A DNA stretch of 64,000 nucleotides from Candidatus Daviesbacteria bacterium RIFCSPLOWO2_01_FULL_39_23. GTDB taxonomy: Bacteria > Patescibacteriota > Microgenomatia > Daviesbacterales > UBA10151. A program made the translations under genes and the position numbers. The stretch covers positions 229,449 to 293,448 of the forward strand of contig MFDN01000001.1 in assembly GCA_001776935.1 (NCBI GenBank), in the 5' to 3' direction. Position 1 is the first letter of the stretch. Each line of letters starts with the position of its first letter. Below the pieces are notes generated by a model. The model ran no database searches, was not told the DNA's origin, and saw only the letters and a program-made list of their open reading frames with translations. Positions 48,247 to 58,900 of this stretch are shown here, piece by piece.

Positions 48247-48753
48247 ATGAGAAATCAAGCGATAGCAATAATTATAGGCATGATTTTATTATTTGCCGGA
48301 GGCTATCTTTACCTCAATAACCAAAACTCCTCTGAAGATTACCTTCCTAAAGAGCAGCGAAAGAACGTTGAAGCGTACTTTGTAGAAAACATGAGGGTAA
48401 GCCCAGCAGAAGCCACAGAAATGGCTTCAAAAGGCGTAGATTTAAGAGTAAGCAAAGATACTACACTTACAGGTATTGTAGGCAATCTTTACTACTACGG
48501 TTTTATTGACAACGAAAAGACATTCACAAAGCTCCTGGAGACAACTGCCGATACAACCTCAGGCAGAGAAAATGCAATCAAAGTCGGAAACAACACTATA
48601 GATACCAACAGTAGTTATTATCTTAACTACCAAATGATCGATAAGGAGATAGCAGATACCCTTCTTAATAAAGGACGCTACAGTGAAAAATTCAACGATT
48701 ACAATTACCTCTTTATGCCAAGTGGACCGCAGGATTCAGGCAGAAGACCGTAG
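48247..48753 (+). CDS. Membrane-anchored hypothetical protein (resembles the MltG/YceG N-terminal part)
   Basis: N-terminal TM; NLYYYGFIDNEKTF..YYLNYQM..EIADTL. Confidence 0.6.
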   Translation: MRNQAIAIIIGMILLFAGGYLYLNNQNSSEDYLPKEQRKNVEAYFVENMRVSPAEATEMASKGVDLRVSKDTTLTGIVGNLYYYGFIDNEKTFTKLLETTADTTSGRENAIKVGNNTIDTNSSYYLNYQMIDKEIADTLLNKGRYSEKFNDYNYLFMPSGPQDSGRRP

Positions 48754-48762
48754 AGTTAAACT

Positions 48763-49323
48763 ATGAAAATAAAACCACTAACAATCTTCGCTCTTTTGGC
48801 ACTTACAGTTGCCGGAGTAATTTATTATTCAGATAAAATCAGCTCATCCAAGCAGACAACAGTAGCCGTACAGCCAACAACTCCTTCCCCAACTCCACTG
48901 GCATCGCCAAATAGAGAACTAAAACCAAATGAAAAATTTATTGCGCCAGCTGGTCTTTATATTACTGTGCCGGAAGGAATGAACTTTAGACAAGAGGTAG
49001 CAAGTGATAGTGGTGATATACGCTACCTCGGTTTTTATATAGAAAATGAGTCAGGTTATCAATTATACGGATTGTATCAGGCAAAGAGTGAGGCTTCCCA
49101 GGAGGCATTAGAAATAAATAAAAAAGGGATGGATCCTTCAACAATTAAAGATGTTGAAATTGGAGGATACAAAGGAGTAGAGGGACTAGTTACCGGTCCA
49201 AAAAACAGATACCTTACCGTTATTATTAAAAATGGCAAATTCATCACACTCTCCACGATTCCACCCACCTTGGAAAATAAGGCAATCACAGATCAAATTT
49301 TTTCCACCATTAACTTTCAGTAA
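48763..49323 (+). CDS. Membrane-anchored PsbP-like protein
   Basis: N-terminal TM, P/T linker, EIGGYKG, DQIFSTINF C-terminus. Confidence 0.65.
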   Translation: MKIKPLTIFALLALTVAGVIYYSDKISSSKQTTVAVQPTTPSPTPLASPNRELKPNEKFIAPAGLYITVPEGMNFRQEVASDSGDIRYLGFYIENESGYQLYGLYQAKSEASQEALEINKKGMDPSTIKDVEIGGYKGVEGLVTGPKNRYLTVIIKNGKFITLSTIPPTLENKAITDQIFSTINFQ

Positions 49324-49406
49324 TTATCTAACAGTAACGTACTTGAAAAGTATAGTTTTGTTTTTGTAGCATGAAGCTATAACCAAATTTGCCTAACGAA
49401 TCTTTC

Positions 49407-49458
49407 GGGGCTCAGGTTTTTCTATTTACAGAAGTAGACGAACCTGAGCTCCTTTTTT
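49407..49458 (+). terminator. Terminator/attenuator hairpin in the portal leader
   Basis: GGGGCTCAGGTT...AACCTGAGCTCC-TTTTTT ending 15 nt before the portal ATG. Confidence 0.7.
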
Positions 49459-49473
49459 GTTGCTCAAAAAACT

Positions 49474-51348
49474 ATGCCCAAACCAGAAATAAAAGAAGAA
49501 AAAATAACCCAGATAAAAAGATATGATCCCACTGAGGAAGAGCAGAAGCTCCTGACTAAGTGGAAAGCAAGGTTCAAACGCGCCAAAGAGTTCCGGGAGC
49601 CATACCAGGCCAAATGGTTACGCATGTATATGCTCTACAGAGCATATCAAAACAAGCAAAACTACGCCTACAATACCCGTCTTATGCCTCCTATCGCCTT
49701 TGAAATAGTCCAGACTGTAGTATCCCGGCTGGCTACAGCAAAACGGAAAACACGCATAATCCCCAGAGAGAAAAATGATGTAGGTTCAGGAATGCTTGAG
49801 TCCTGGGGTAACTTAGTAAATTATGATTTTGACATTATTGAGTTGGTAAAGAAACTCCCCCGCTGGATAGAGTCTTCAGTTTTATATGGAAACGGGATTT
49901 TTAAATTAGCCTGGAAGGTATCAACCATTACTAAAGACGGTAAGACCATAACTATCTATGATGATCCTACAGCTAGCCTAGTAGATCTTTGGGACTTTTT
50001 ACCCGCTCCTGAAACAACTGACCTGCAGGAAGATTGCCCCTGGCTTATTCACCGCATTGTAAAAACTAAGGAGAAAATAGAGAAAGAAGAAAAAGCCAGA
50101 GGCGACAATAAGATTTATAAAAATCTTGATTTTTGTGAGCCAAAAATAGTCGAAGACTGGAAAAAGGAACGCTATGAAATTAACACCAAAAAGATGTCAC
50201 AGGTATCAGGTAGCCTCAAGAAACAAGAAGATGTCGAAGGAAAAGTCCTCCCTCTTAAGGCAGATAGTGAAAAACAACTTGAGCTGTGGGAATGCTGGGA
50301 TTATGAAGAAGATAAGCTGGTTGTGATTTGCAACAATGAAATTGTTATCAGGGATGATGAGAATCCGTATCTAGGGGTAAATACAGGTAAAATCTTTATA
50401 GATCTGCCCGATATGCCTTTGCTTTGGGAATTTTGGGCAACAGGACATATTGAACCGGTTGAAACAACTATCCTGGAAATTGCAGATCTTCGAAACCAAA
50501 GGATGGATGATGTCGTCCTCATGCTTGATCCGGTAGTAAAAATCAGGAAAGATTCGGGTATTACAAAAAATGACATTATATTTTCTCCAGGAGCAATCTG
50601 GGAACTTAGGAAAATGGATGATGCTGTGATAGAAAGACCTCCGGAGATAAGCCTGATGGGTATTAACGAAGACAAACTGATGCGGGACGAGATCTCCAGA
50701 ACTCTGGCGATGGGAGAATATATGCAGGGAATGCCACAATCCACAAATGAACCTTTAGGGAAAGTAGCGATGCTTCTTGGACAAAGCAACCTTCGTTTGA
50801 GTATGAACGCACAGACAGTGGCAATAGCACTAACCCAGTTGGCCAATATCCTCATTCAAATGAACCAGGAGTTTATAGACAAAGATAAACTCTATAGAAT
50901 TGTGGGAGAAAAAATAGATTTCAGAGAATTTAAAGAGGAGGATAAAAAGGTCCAGGTAGATGCAATTGTAGAAGTAGAGCCGGTTATTCCTCCGGACCAG
51001 CAGGCACGTATCAATCAAATACTACTTTTATATGACAAGCTAATCGCTCAGGATAAACCAGATCCAAAAGATCCGGCAGACATACAGCGATGGTTGAAGC
51101 GAAAGAAAGAACTGCAGAAGATGATGCTGGAGGAACTGGATCTGGACAGCTATATTGAAGTTCTTCTGGGACCAGATGACAGTGGGAAAGCAACAACAAC
51201 TGAAACCCCAATGGATAACCCCCAAAATGGCGCTGTGTCGCCCGCTGAAGGTCCTTTGCCATCTGGTCCAGGGATAAGACAGCCTTCTGGAGGAATTCGC
51301 CAAATGATGAGCAAGATACCACTGATTGGCCAGATGCTTGGCGGTTAA
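49474..51348 (+). CDS. Phage portal protein (P22-like)
   Basis: 624 aa; LYGNGIFKLAW, ECWD, RDDENPY, DLRNQRMD..LDP, PGAIW; downstream of the terminase. Confidence 0.8.
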   Translation: MPKPEIKEEKITQIKRYDPTEEEQKLLTKWKARFKRAKEFREPYQAKWLRMYMLYRAYQNKQNYAYNTRLMPPIAFEIVQTVVSRLATAKRKTRIIPREKNDVGSGMLESWGNLVNYDFDIIELVKKLPRWIESSVLYGNGIFKLAWKVSTITKDGKTITIYDDPTASLVDLWDFLPAPETTDLQEDCPWLIHRIVKTKEKIEKEEKARGDNKIYKNLDFCEPKIVEDWKKERYEINTKKMSQVSGSLKKQEDVEGKVLPLKADSEKQLELWECWDYEEDKLVVICNNEIVIRDDENPYLGVNTGKIFIDLPDMPLLWEFWATGHIEPVETTILEIADLRNQRMDDVVLMLDPVVKIRKDSGITKNDIIFSPGAIWELRKMDDAVIERPPEISLMGINEDKLMRDEISRTLAMGEYMQGMPQSTNEPLGKVAMLLGQSNLRLSMNAQTVAIALTQLANILIQMNQEFIDKDKLYRIVGEKIDFREFKEEDKKVQVDAIVEVEPVIPPDQQARINQILLLYDKLIAQDKPDPKDPADIQRWLKRKKELQKMMLEELDLDSYIEVLLGPDDSGKATTTETPMDNPQNGAVSPAEGPLPSGPGIRQPSGGIRQMMSKIPLIGQMLGG

Positions 51349-51370
51349 AAAATAGTATACTAAAGTGGGT

Positions 51371-51451
51371 ATGAAATTCTTTAAAAAAGAACCGGAGAAA
51401 CGGCCTTTCTCTTATGGAACAATTATTGAGCAGAAAAAATTTTCAGCTTGA
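51371..51451 (+). pseudogene. Truncated copy of the 55190-55339 small gene
   Basis: MKFFKKEPEKRPFSYGTIIEQ vs MKFFKKGPEKRPFSYGAIIEH; lacks the TM tail. Confidence 0.65.
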
Positions 51452-51517
51452 CTTTATTTTAACTACTTGCTACTATTATTTTGTAATCATACTTTTCTAA
51501 CTTGTAGGAATATAGAT

Positions 51518-51766
51518 ATGAAAAATCACCACTTACATCCTGAAGGACAATTTTACGGCACAGCCACCGTTGGAGAAAAAGGGCAAATTGTTATTCCCCA
51601 GGAAGCACGAGAGAATATGAAACTGAAAAAGGGTGAACGTTTGCTGATTTTCGGCATGGACGAGGATATGCTTGCAGTTGCAAAACTTTCACATATTGAA
51701 AAAATTACTTCTCATCTTTCAAAAAAGCTCAAGATGATTAATGAAGTTGCTAAAAGAAGTAAATAA
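51518..51766 (+). CDS. AbrB/MazE/SpoVT family regulator
   Basis: FYGTATVGEKGQIVIPQEARE..KKGERL. Confidence 0.9.
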   Translation: MKNHHLHPEGQFYGTATVGEKGQIVIPQEARENMKLKKGERLLIFGMDEDMLAVAKLSHIEKITSHLSKKLKMINEVAKRSK

Positions 51767-51775
51767 AACAAATAT

Positions 51776-52516
51776 ATGATCAAAGTGAAAAATGGAATTA
51801 AAAAATCTAACAATCAGTCCTCAAATGAAGAACATTTGATTGAATTACATAAGGTGATCAAAACTTACGAGACTCCCTCCGGACCCTTCCCCGCACTTCA
51901 AGGAATTAACCTGCGTATTCAGTCAGGAGAGTTTGTCGCTATAGTTGGTAAGTCAGGCAGCGGTAAGACAACCTTCCTAAATATCCTGGCAGGCATTGAT
52001 AGGCCAACCAAAGGAGAAATCTCAGTTGGGAGTACACCTGTGCATTCACTTTCAGAGTCGCAGCTTGCAGAATGGCGTGGTAGGTCAATTGGTCTCGTAT
52101 TTCAGTTCTTCCAACTACTTCCAACCTTAACTATAGCAGAGAACGTGATGCTTGCGATGGACTTTGTTGGTATCATTCCGGCACCAGAACGCAGATCTAG
52201 GGCATTAAAACTTTTAGATCAGGTTGGCATCAAAGATCAAGCCGATAAATTACCAGCTAGTTTGTCAGGTGGACAGCAACAGCGGGCAGCAATAGCGAGG
52301 GCATTGGCAAATAATCCACCAATCTTATTGGCTGATGAACCAACTGGTAACCTAGACGAACATACCAGAAAGTCAGTTTTAGAGTTGTTCGATAAACTGA
52401 ACGCCGAAGGTCTCACTATTATTGTGGTAACACACGAGCGGGATGTCAATTTCTATGCAAGTCGACAGGTGACGCTGATAGATGGCCATATCACCAATGA
52501 TACCAAGAAAGGCTAA
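51776..52516 (+). CDS. ABC transporter ATP-binding protein (LolD/MacB-like)
   Basis: [29 protein letters not shown]. Confidence 0.95.
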   Translation: MIKVKNGIKKSNNQSSNEEHLIELHKVIKTYETPSGPFPALQGINLRIQSGEFVAIVGKSGSGKTTFLNILAGIDRPTKGEISVGSTPVHSLSESQLAEWRGRSIGLVFQFFQLLPTLTIAENVMLAMDFVGIIPAPERRSRALKLLDQVGIKDQADKLPASLSGGQQQRAAIARALANNPPILLADEPTGNLDEHTRKSVLELFDKLNAEGLTIIVVTHERDVNFYASRQVTLIDGHITNDTKKG

Positions 52517-52522
52517 CTTATC

Positions 52523-54976
52523 ATGACAAAACTGCTTTTCATTAAACTACTAAAGGATATGCGGACAGTCTGGGGCCGTATCGTAATGATGGTCCTCGCT
52601 ATCAGCCTTAGCCTCGTTGTCTTTAGCGCCATGCTCTACAGCCTAACCCTGGTCCAGTCCAATATGACCAGCGGGTACATGAGCACGAGTCCTGCATCAG
52701 CGAGAATTACCCTTAACCCTGGTGTCGCTCCTGACCAAATCGAGACTATCGTAAATGAAGTCAAGGCTGAAACGAATGTCATCGATGCTACGATGCGTTC
52801 AGTGATTAGCCTCAAGCTTCAGAAAGACGGCGATGATTCCTCTTCGCTTCAGCTATTTGTTGCTGCACCCGATGATCCAATGAAACTCGCTACGTTCAAA
52901 ATTGAACAAGGTGAGTGGCCACCACCAGAAGACGGCATCTTAGTTGAGAGATCAGCGTTAAACTCACTGAATGTAAAAGCTGGCGATACAATTACGGTCA
53001 CCAGTTTTGATGATAAACCGGTTAAGTTCAAGATCACCGGTGTTGTTCATGACCAGAGTCTGGCTCCAGCAGGTTCAGAAGGAGGCGCTGGCTATATTTC
53101 AACCGATTCCCTGCCACTACTTGGCAGGCCACCGCTGCTTAATCAATTGGCAATCACTGTCTCAGACCAAGCTGGTCAGACTACACCGAGTCGTAATCGG
53201 GACACAATTGTGAGTACTGCCCTTGAAGTAGCTAATAAACTGAAAGCAACGGGTAATATGGAAATCGAACAAGTCGCAGTGCCTCCACCTTATGAACATC
53301 CTCACCAAGGGATAGCAAATGCCTTACTGGGTGCACTTCTCGCTTTTGGCGCTTTGTCGCTCCTACTGAGCGCTATTCTGATTGCTACTATGTTAGACGG
53401 TTTGCTTACACAGCATATCTCGCAAATCGGTATCATGAAAGCCATCGGCGCAAGTACCAGTCGCATCCTGCAGCTTTATGGAATTATGGTGTTAGTTGTA
53501 GTAGTGGCAGCTACGGCTTTGGCTTTTCTCCCAGGCCTTGCATTAGGCCGCGCTTTGGCACAGTTATTGCTCAGTAGCGCACTCAACATCGATGTTACGA
53601 GTCTGGCTGTTCCACTCTGGGTTTATGCAACAACTATCGCTGCAGGTATTCTTATACCGTTACTTATTGCATTGCCACCGCTGCTACGAGCCAGCCGTCG
53701 GACAGTGCGGGAAGCGCTTGACGATAGAGGCGTTGTTGATAATCAAGGACGTGCCATAACGCGATTGTACAGTTGGCTGGGCAGGCTTGACGGCATAGAC
53801 CGCATACTCTTGATGGCGTTTCGTAACCTGTTCCGTCGCCAAGCACGCTTTCTCCTATCAGTCGGACTGTTAGGAATAGCAGGGGCTATATTTGTTGGTG
53901 GATTGAATCTGATGGCAGGTTTTCAGGCAATCCCAAAGATAATAACAGATGCCCAACGCTGGGATATCCAGATAAGGCTCACCACACCGGCTGATACTAA
54001 CCAGCTTAAAAAGATAGTTGAGAATGTTCCTGATGTAACTGCCGTTGAAACCTGGAACTCTGCTACAACAGGCATTCAATATCCAGGGGAAATCAATGTT
54101 ACCCGTACCTATCCGGATCAAGGTCACGGCTTGCTGGGGTTGAGCGCTCTTCCTGCAAATACCACGATGTTCACCACACCATACATTACAGATGGACGAT
54201 GGCTAAGTGCGAGTGACACTGATGCGATTGTTCTTCCTCAGACTATACGAAAAACACTTCCTGATGTGAAAGTTGGCAGCACCATTCAATTACCAATTGA
54301 GGATCAAGTCACTACCTGGCGTGTTATTGGCATGGCTGAAGAGGTGGCAGGTGGAACCTGCCCTTGTGTAACCAAGACAGGCTTTGAGCAAGCAGTCAGC
54401 CGACCTAACCAGACAAATCTTCTGCGGATCACGACTGATCGCCATGACAAACAAAGCAGAATTGCCATAGGGAAGGCAACCACACAAGCGCTGCAAGAAG
54501 CATCTATTAAAGCCCAGAATGCCCAGCCACTTGATTCGCTGCTTGAATCAGCCGAAGGGCATTCGGGCATATTGATTTATCTGATTATGCTTATCGCTAT
54601 TGCCATCGGCACGGTTGGACTAATGGGACTGGGTTCCGCAATGAGTACCAACGTGATTGAGCGAACCCGTGAGCTTGGAGTCATGAGTGCTATTGGAGCA
54701 CGTCCTGCTATGGTACGTCGTTTGGTGCTTTTTGAAGGCATATTTATAGCTTTAGTAAGCTGTGTAGCTGCGGTAATTCCTGCTCTGGTGCTTACCCAAG
54801 TTATGTCTGTGGGAATTGGCAATCTATTTTTCAGCGCTCCCGTACCATTTCAAATCTCGACACAGGCAATCATTATCTGGATCATTGTGGTTACTCTTGG
54901 CGCGACTGTGGCTACCCTGGCACCTGCATATCGGGCATCCAGACTAACTGTTCGCGAAGCGCTAGCCTACCTGTAG
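52523..54976 (+). CDS. ABC transporter permease, two FtsX domains
   Basis: QIGIMKAIGA and ERTRELGVMSAIGA motifs; PAYRASRLTVREAL. Confidence 0.92.
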   Translation: MTKLLFIKLLKDMRTVWGRIVMMVLAISLSLVVFSAMLYSLTLVQSNMTSGYMSTSPASARITLNPGVAPDQIETIVNEVKAETNVIDATMRSVISLKLQKDGDDSSSLQLFVAAPDDPMKLATFKIEQGEWPPPEDGILVERSALNSLNVKAGDTITVTSFDDKPVKFKITGVVHDQSLAPAGSEGGAGYISTDSLPLLGRPPLLNQLAITVSDQAGQTTPSRNRDTIVSTALEVANKLKATGNMEIEQVAVPPPYEHPHQGIANALLGALLAFGALSLLLSAILIATMLDGLLTQHISQIGIMKAIGASTSRILQLYGIMVLVVVVAATALAFLPGLALGRALAQLLLSSALNIDVTSLAVPLWVYATTIAAGILIPLLIALPPLLRASRRTVREALDDRGVVDNQGRAITRLYSWLGRLDGIDRILLMAFRNLFRRQARFLLSVGLLGIAGAIFVGGLNLMAGFQAIPKIITDAQRWDIQIRLTTPADTNQLKKIVENVPDVTAVETWNSATTGIQYPGEINVTRTYPDQGHGLLGLSALPANTTMFTTPYITDGRWLSASDTDAIVLPQTIRKTLPDVKVGSTIQLPIEDQVTTWRVIGMAEEVAGGTCPCVTKTGFEQAVSRPNQTNLLRITTDRHDKQSRIAIGKATTQALQEASIKAQNAQPLDSLLESAEGHSGILIYLIMLIAIAIGTVGLMGLGSAMSTNVIERTRELGVMSAIGARPAMVRRLVLFEGIFIALVSCVAAVIPALVLTQVMSVGIGNLFFSAPVPFQISTQAIIIWIIVVTLGATVATLAPAYRASRLTVREALAYL

Positions 54977-54988
54977 GGAGGTGAATGT

Positions 54989-55132
54989 ATGAAATTAACT
55001 TGGGTTGTTATTGCAATTATCATTCTTGTTATTATAGGAGCATCGGTATTGTTCCTGAACCGTCAAGGCATCGGAGCATCGCTTACAGAACAAATACAGC
55101 AAATACACCAAAGCAAAAGGGGAGAACACTAA
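54989..55132 (+). CDS. Small membrane peptide (47 aa)
   Basis: GGAGGTG RBS; MKLTWVVIAIIILVIIGASVLFL... Confidence 0.6.
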   Translation: MKLTWVVIAIIILVIIGASVLFLNRQGIGASLTEQIQQIHQSKRGEH

Positions 55133-55189
55133 GTCAGACTCAACAAAACCAATCTTCTCATGAGATAATTTTGTTATACTGAAATTAAT

Positions 55190-55339
55190 ATGAAATTCTT
55201 CAAGAAAGGACCGGAGAAACGACCATTTTCTTATGGAGCGATAATAGAACACAGGCAATCGTATAGTCGAACTCCAATGGTTATTGGAGTTATTCTTATA
55301 ATCGCAGTTACTGCATTTATCTACTTTTTAATCGGCTAA
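55190..55339 (+). CDS. Small membrane protein (49 aa)
   Basis: TATACT -10 upstream; C-terminal TM; paralogous fragment at 51371. Confidence 0.6.
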   Translation: MKFFKKGPEKRPFSYGAIIEHRQSYSRTPMVIGVILIIAVTAFIYFLIG

Positions 55340-55567
55340 CTAAAAAGGAAGCAGTTCAGAAGCATTTACCTTCAAAGCTTTGGCTATTTTATACAACGTT
55401 CTTATGGTGGGGTTCCTTTCACCCCTTTCTATCATACCTACATAGGTGCGATGCATAGACAATCGGGCAGCAAGCTCTTCCTGGCTGATACGCTTCTCCT
55501 TTCTTACTTTCTGGAGTCTTGCACCAAATTTCTCAAGAATATCACGGTGCGTTATAGGTTTTCCCAT
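55340..55567 (-). CDS. XRE-family HTH regulator (controller-protein-like)
   Basis: FGARLQKVRKEKRISQEELA..HRTYVGMIERGERNPT. Confidence 0.9.
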   Translation of the reverse strand: MGKPITHRDILEKFGARLQKVRKEKRISQEELAARLSMHRTYVGMIERGERNPTIRTLYKIAKALKVNASELLPF

Positions 55568-55648
55568 ACTCTTCAATCCTAGAGACTGCTTGTATCATTT
55601 TCGACATACTCCTTGTATTCATTTATGGTATTTTTTATAATGACTGTA

Positions 55649-55801
55649 ATGGATGAAAAAGCTTTAACAACGAAAGAGATTGCAGCTATAAATAAGCAGA
55701 GAAAAGAACTCCTTAAAGCATTAAAACGATTGTCGACAATATGTGCATTATTTGCTGTAGAGTGTGAAAAATATGCTACTTATCTAAAGAAGAAGATCTA
55801 A
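55649..55801 (+). CDS. Small hypothetical protein
   Basis: TATAAT just upstream; divergent from the XRE gene. Confidence 0.45.
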   Translation: MDEKALTTKEIAAINKQRKELLKALKRLSTICALFAVECEKYATYLKKKI

Positions 55802-55839
55802 ATATAACCCTGGGCGAAACATATTTAAGCGAATTACTC

Positions 55840-55924
55840 AAAAAAAAGACCCCATTGCTGAGGCCTTTCCCGAAAGCATCTATTGCTAGAAACTCCCTAA
55901 CTTTATGACTTGCGTCACAAAGCT
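55840..55924 (-). ncRNA. Candidate small RNA with three GCAA-capped hairpins
   Basis: TTGACA(55959-55954)-17-TATTCT promoter; three stems; U-tract end. Confidence 0.65.
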
Positions 55925-55974
55925 TATTTTAGAATAGCTTACTTCTGCTTGGTTGTCAATATCTAAAAAGCTGA

Positions 55975-58900
55975 CTAATTTGTGTTTACAAAGTGGAAGG
56001 TATCTAAGACAGTGTTGGTTTTAGGCAATACTCCAGCAACTATAATGTTTCTACTAAAGAAGTTTTTTATTAAATCGCCATCTCTACTGAACACCTTTTC
56101 TTTTTTCATCATTTCTGCCTCGTCTACGCCGATATAAACTGGTTCATATTTATTATTAGCAATATAAACAGGGTTAAAACCGTCAGATCTAATATTGTCT
56201 TTTACCTTTTCTGGAATATTGCCCGAAGCAGAGTAAAAGAATTTGGACGTCCCATCAGAAGCTAGGGATACCTTTATATTTCCAGTAGAAGAAAGCTCCC
56301 CGAAGGTATCAGAGTTTACGAAGTAGTATTTATCAAGTAATGTTCCTGTTTGTTCTAGAATACCAACAACCTTTACTTGAGGTATGCCAAAGAAATCATT
56401 GATTATGTCCCCAGGTTTCTGGAATAATTGCTTCTCTTTCATGGCCATTGCTTCCTCATAACCGACAACTACTTCATCTCTACCTAAAGTAAGCACACCC
56501 TCCTTAGCTTTTAAGGACTTATTATTTAAAGAGACAGTCTGTAAAAAGAGTTTAGGATTATTATCGGCAAAATTAATTTTATTTTGTCCTTGAGACAACA
56601 TTTCCCCTGCTTGTTTATTTATGGGGGATATGCCTTCAGCGGCTGCTATCATAGGTGTTTCTTTGCTCATATTCGAGCTAAAGCGAGCAAATTCAAAGAA
56701 GACGAAGGTAAATAATAGCATCATTAATGCTGGAGCAAAGATTGAGAGATAGTTCGTTTTCCCAGGTAGATAACGCCTTAAAAGAAGTGAATTACTGACT
56801 ACCGAAATTGAGCTTAATGCCATAGCCAACCCTGCAAGTTCTGGTTTTAGGACCAATCCCATGCCTGCGAATACTCTAGCTGCTACAGGAATACCAATTA
56901 CATTATAAAAGAGCGCAAAGAACATATTTTGTTTAATCTTGCCCATTGTTTCTTTTGACAAAGAAATAGCATGGACAACATCTCGCAGGTCATTCTTGAT
57001 AATGACTATTCCTCCTGTTTCCATGGCAACATCTGTTCCTGAACCCATGGCGATTCCTAGTTCAGCCTGTGCTAAGGCCGGGGCATCATTGATACCATCT
57101 CCCACCATAGCCACCTTTTTACCAAGATTTTGGAGTTTCTTTACCTCATTTGCTTTATCCTCCGGTAAAACCTCCGCCAGAACATTAGTGATTCCTACCT
57201 GCTCGGCAATAGCTCTGGCAGTTCTTTCGTTGTCTCCTGTAATCATCCATACCTCGATACCCATCCTTTGTAATTTTTCGACAGCTTCAGCGGAGGTCTC
57301 TTTGACAGTATCAGCTACGCCAATAAGACCTAAAATCTCTTCTTTTGTAGCCAGTATCATAACCGTAATCCCTTGGTCCTCCAGGCGGGTCATTTTACGG
57401 TTTACCCGATCAATAGGTAGACCAACAATATCGGAGATCAGCTTTCGGTTGCCGAAGTAGTAAACTTTGCCGTTTATTTCCGCCTGAACTCCATGTCCGG
57501 GGATGGCTTTAAAGTTAGTAACTTCTTGAAGTTTAACTTCTTCTTCCTGAGCATAGTTATAGATTGCTTCAGCTAGGGGATGTTCTGATTGTTTTTCAAT
57601 ACTTGCTGCAATTTCTAACACTTCATCTTCATCCAGGCTTCCCAAGCTTTCGATATCAGTAACTTCCGGCTTACCCTTAGTCAAAGTTCCGGTCTTGTCA
57701 AAAACAATGGCGTTAATTTTGCAGGCACTTTCCAAAGGTTCTCCACCTTTGACTAAAATTCCATGCTCTGCTCCTTTACCAGTTCCTACCATAATAGCTG
57801 TAGGGGTAGCTAAACCTAGGGCACAAGGGCAAGCAATCACGATAACTGCTGTAAAGGCCATTAAAGCGAAGGCAAGGGGGGCTCCAAGCACAAAGAACCA
57901 CACTATAAAGGTTAAAGCAGCAATACCAATAACTGCCGGAACAAAATAAGCAGAGATCCTATCCGCAAAGGCCTGAATAGGCGCTTTAGAACCTTGAGCA
58001 TCTTCAACTAAACGTATAATCTGGGATAAAGTTGTTTCAGCCCCAACACGTGTCGCAGTAAATTGAAAACTACCGGTTTTGTTTATCGTTCCACCAATTA
58101 CATTATCTCCCTCCTTTTTCTCAACAGGCATACTTTCCCCTGTAATCATTGATTCATCTATAGCTGAGGTGCCACTGGCAATTACCCCATCAACAGGCAC
58201 TTTTTCTCCAGGTCTAACCATCAATAAATCTCCCTTAACTACCTGGTCAATTGGAATATCTAAAGTCTGGCCATTCCTGATGACTCTGGCTGTTTTAGCC
58301 TGAAGACCCATTAATTTCTTAATAGCCTCTGAAGTTCTGCCTTTGGCCTTAGCTTCTAACCACTTGCCTAAGATAACAAAGGTAATCAGGAAGGCTGCTG
58401 TCTCAAAATATAGATCAGGAATCCTTGCTCCGTTTAAGCCAATAAGCGAGCCTTTTGTTAAGAAGTAATTTATGAAATTAAATAAACTGTAGAAGTAGGC
58501 AGTTGACGTACCAATAGCAATCAAGCTGTCCATGTTAAAAGTCCTCATTCTAAGAGCAGACCACATGCCTTTATAAAAACCTTTACCGATAATGAATTGG
58601 ACCGGAGTGGTAAGTATTAGGGAAGCAATTCCAATATACGGGGATAAAATTGCACTACCTGGAAGTCCTTGGAAAAATTCAAAGAACATAAAGTAGAGCA
58701 TTGGTACGCTTAAAATAAAACTTATGATAAATTTCTTAAATTGACCGGAAATTTCTTCCTGTTGCTTCCGTGTTTCAAATTCCGGGTCTGCTTCATCTAA
58801 CACAGTAGCTTTATAACCAGCTTTCTTAACTGCTTCTATCAGCGCGTCTTCAGATACAGATCCTGAATCAACTGTTACAGATGCTTTTTCCGCTGTGAAA

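Noticed and set aside
54985-55182. 65-aa ORF from the track
   Set aside because: The frame starting at ATG 54989 gives a clean TM peptide with suitable RBS spacing and is preferred.
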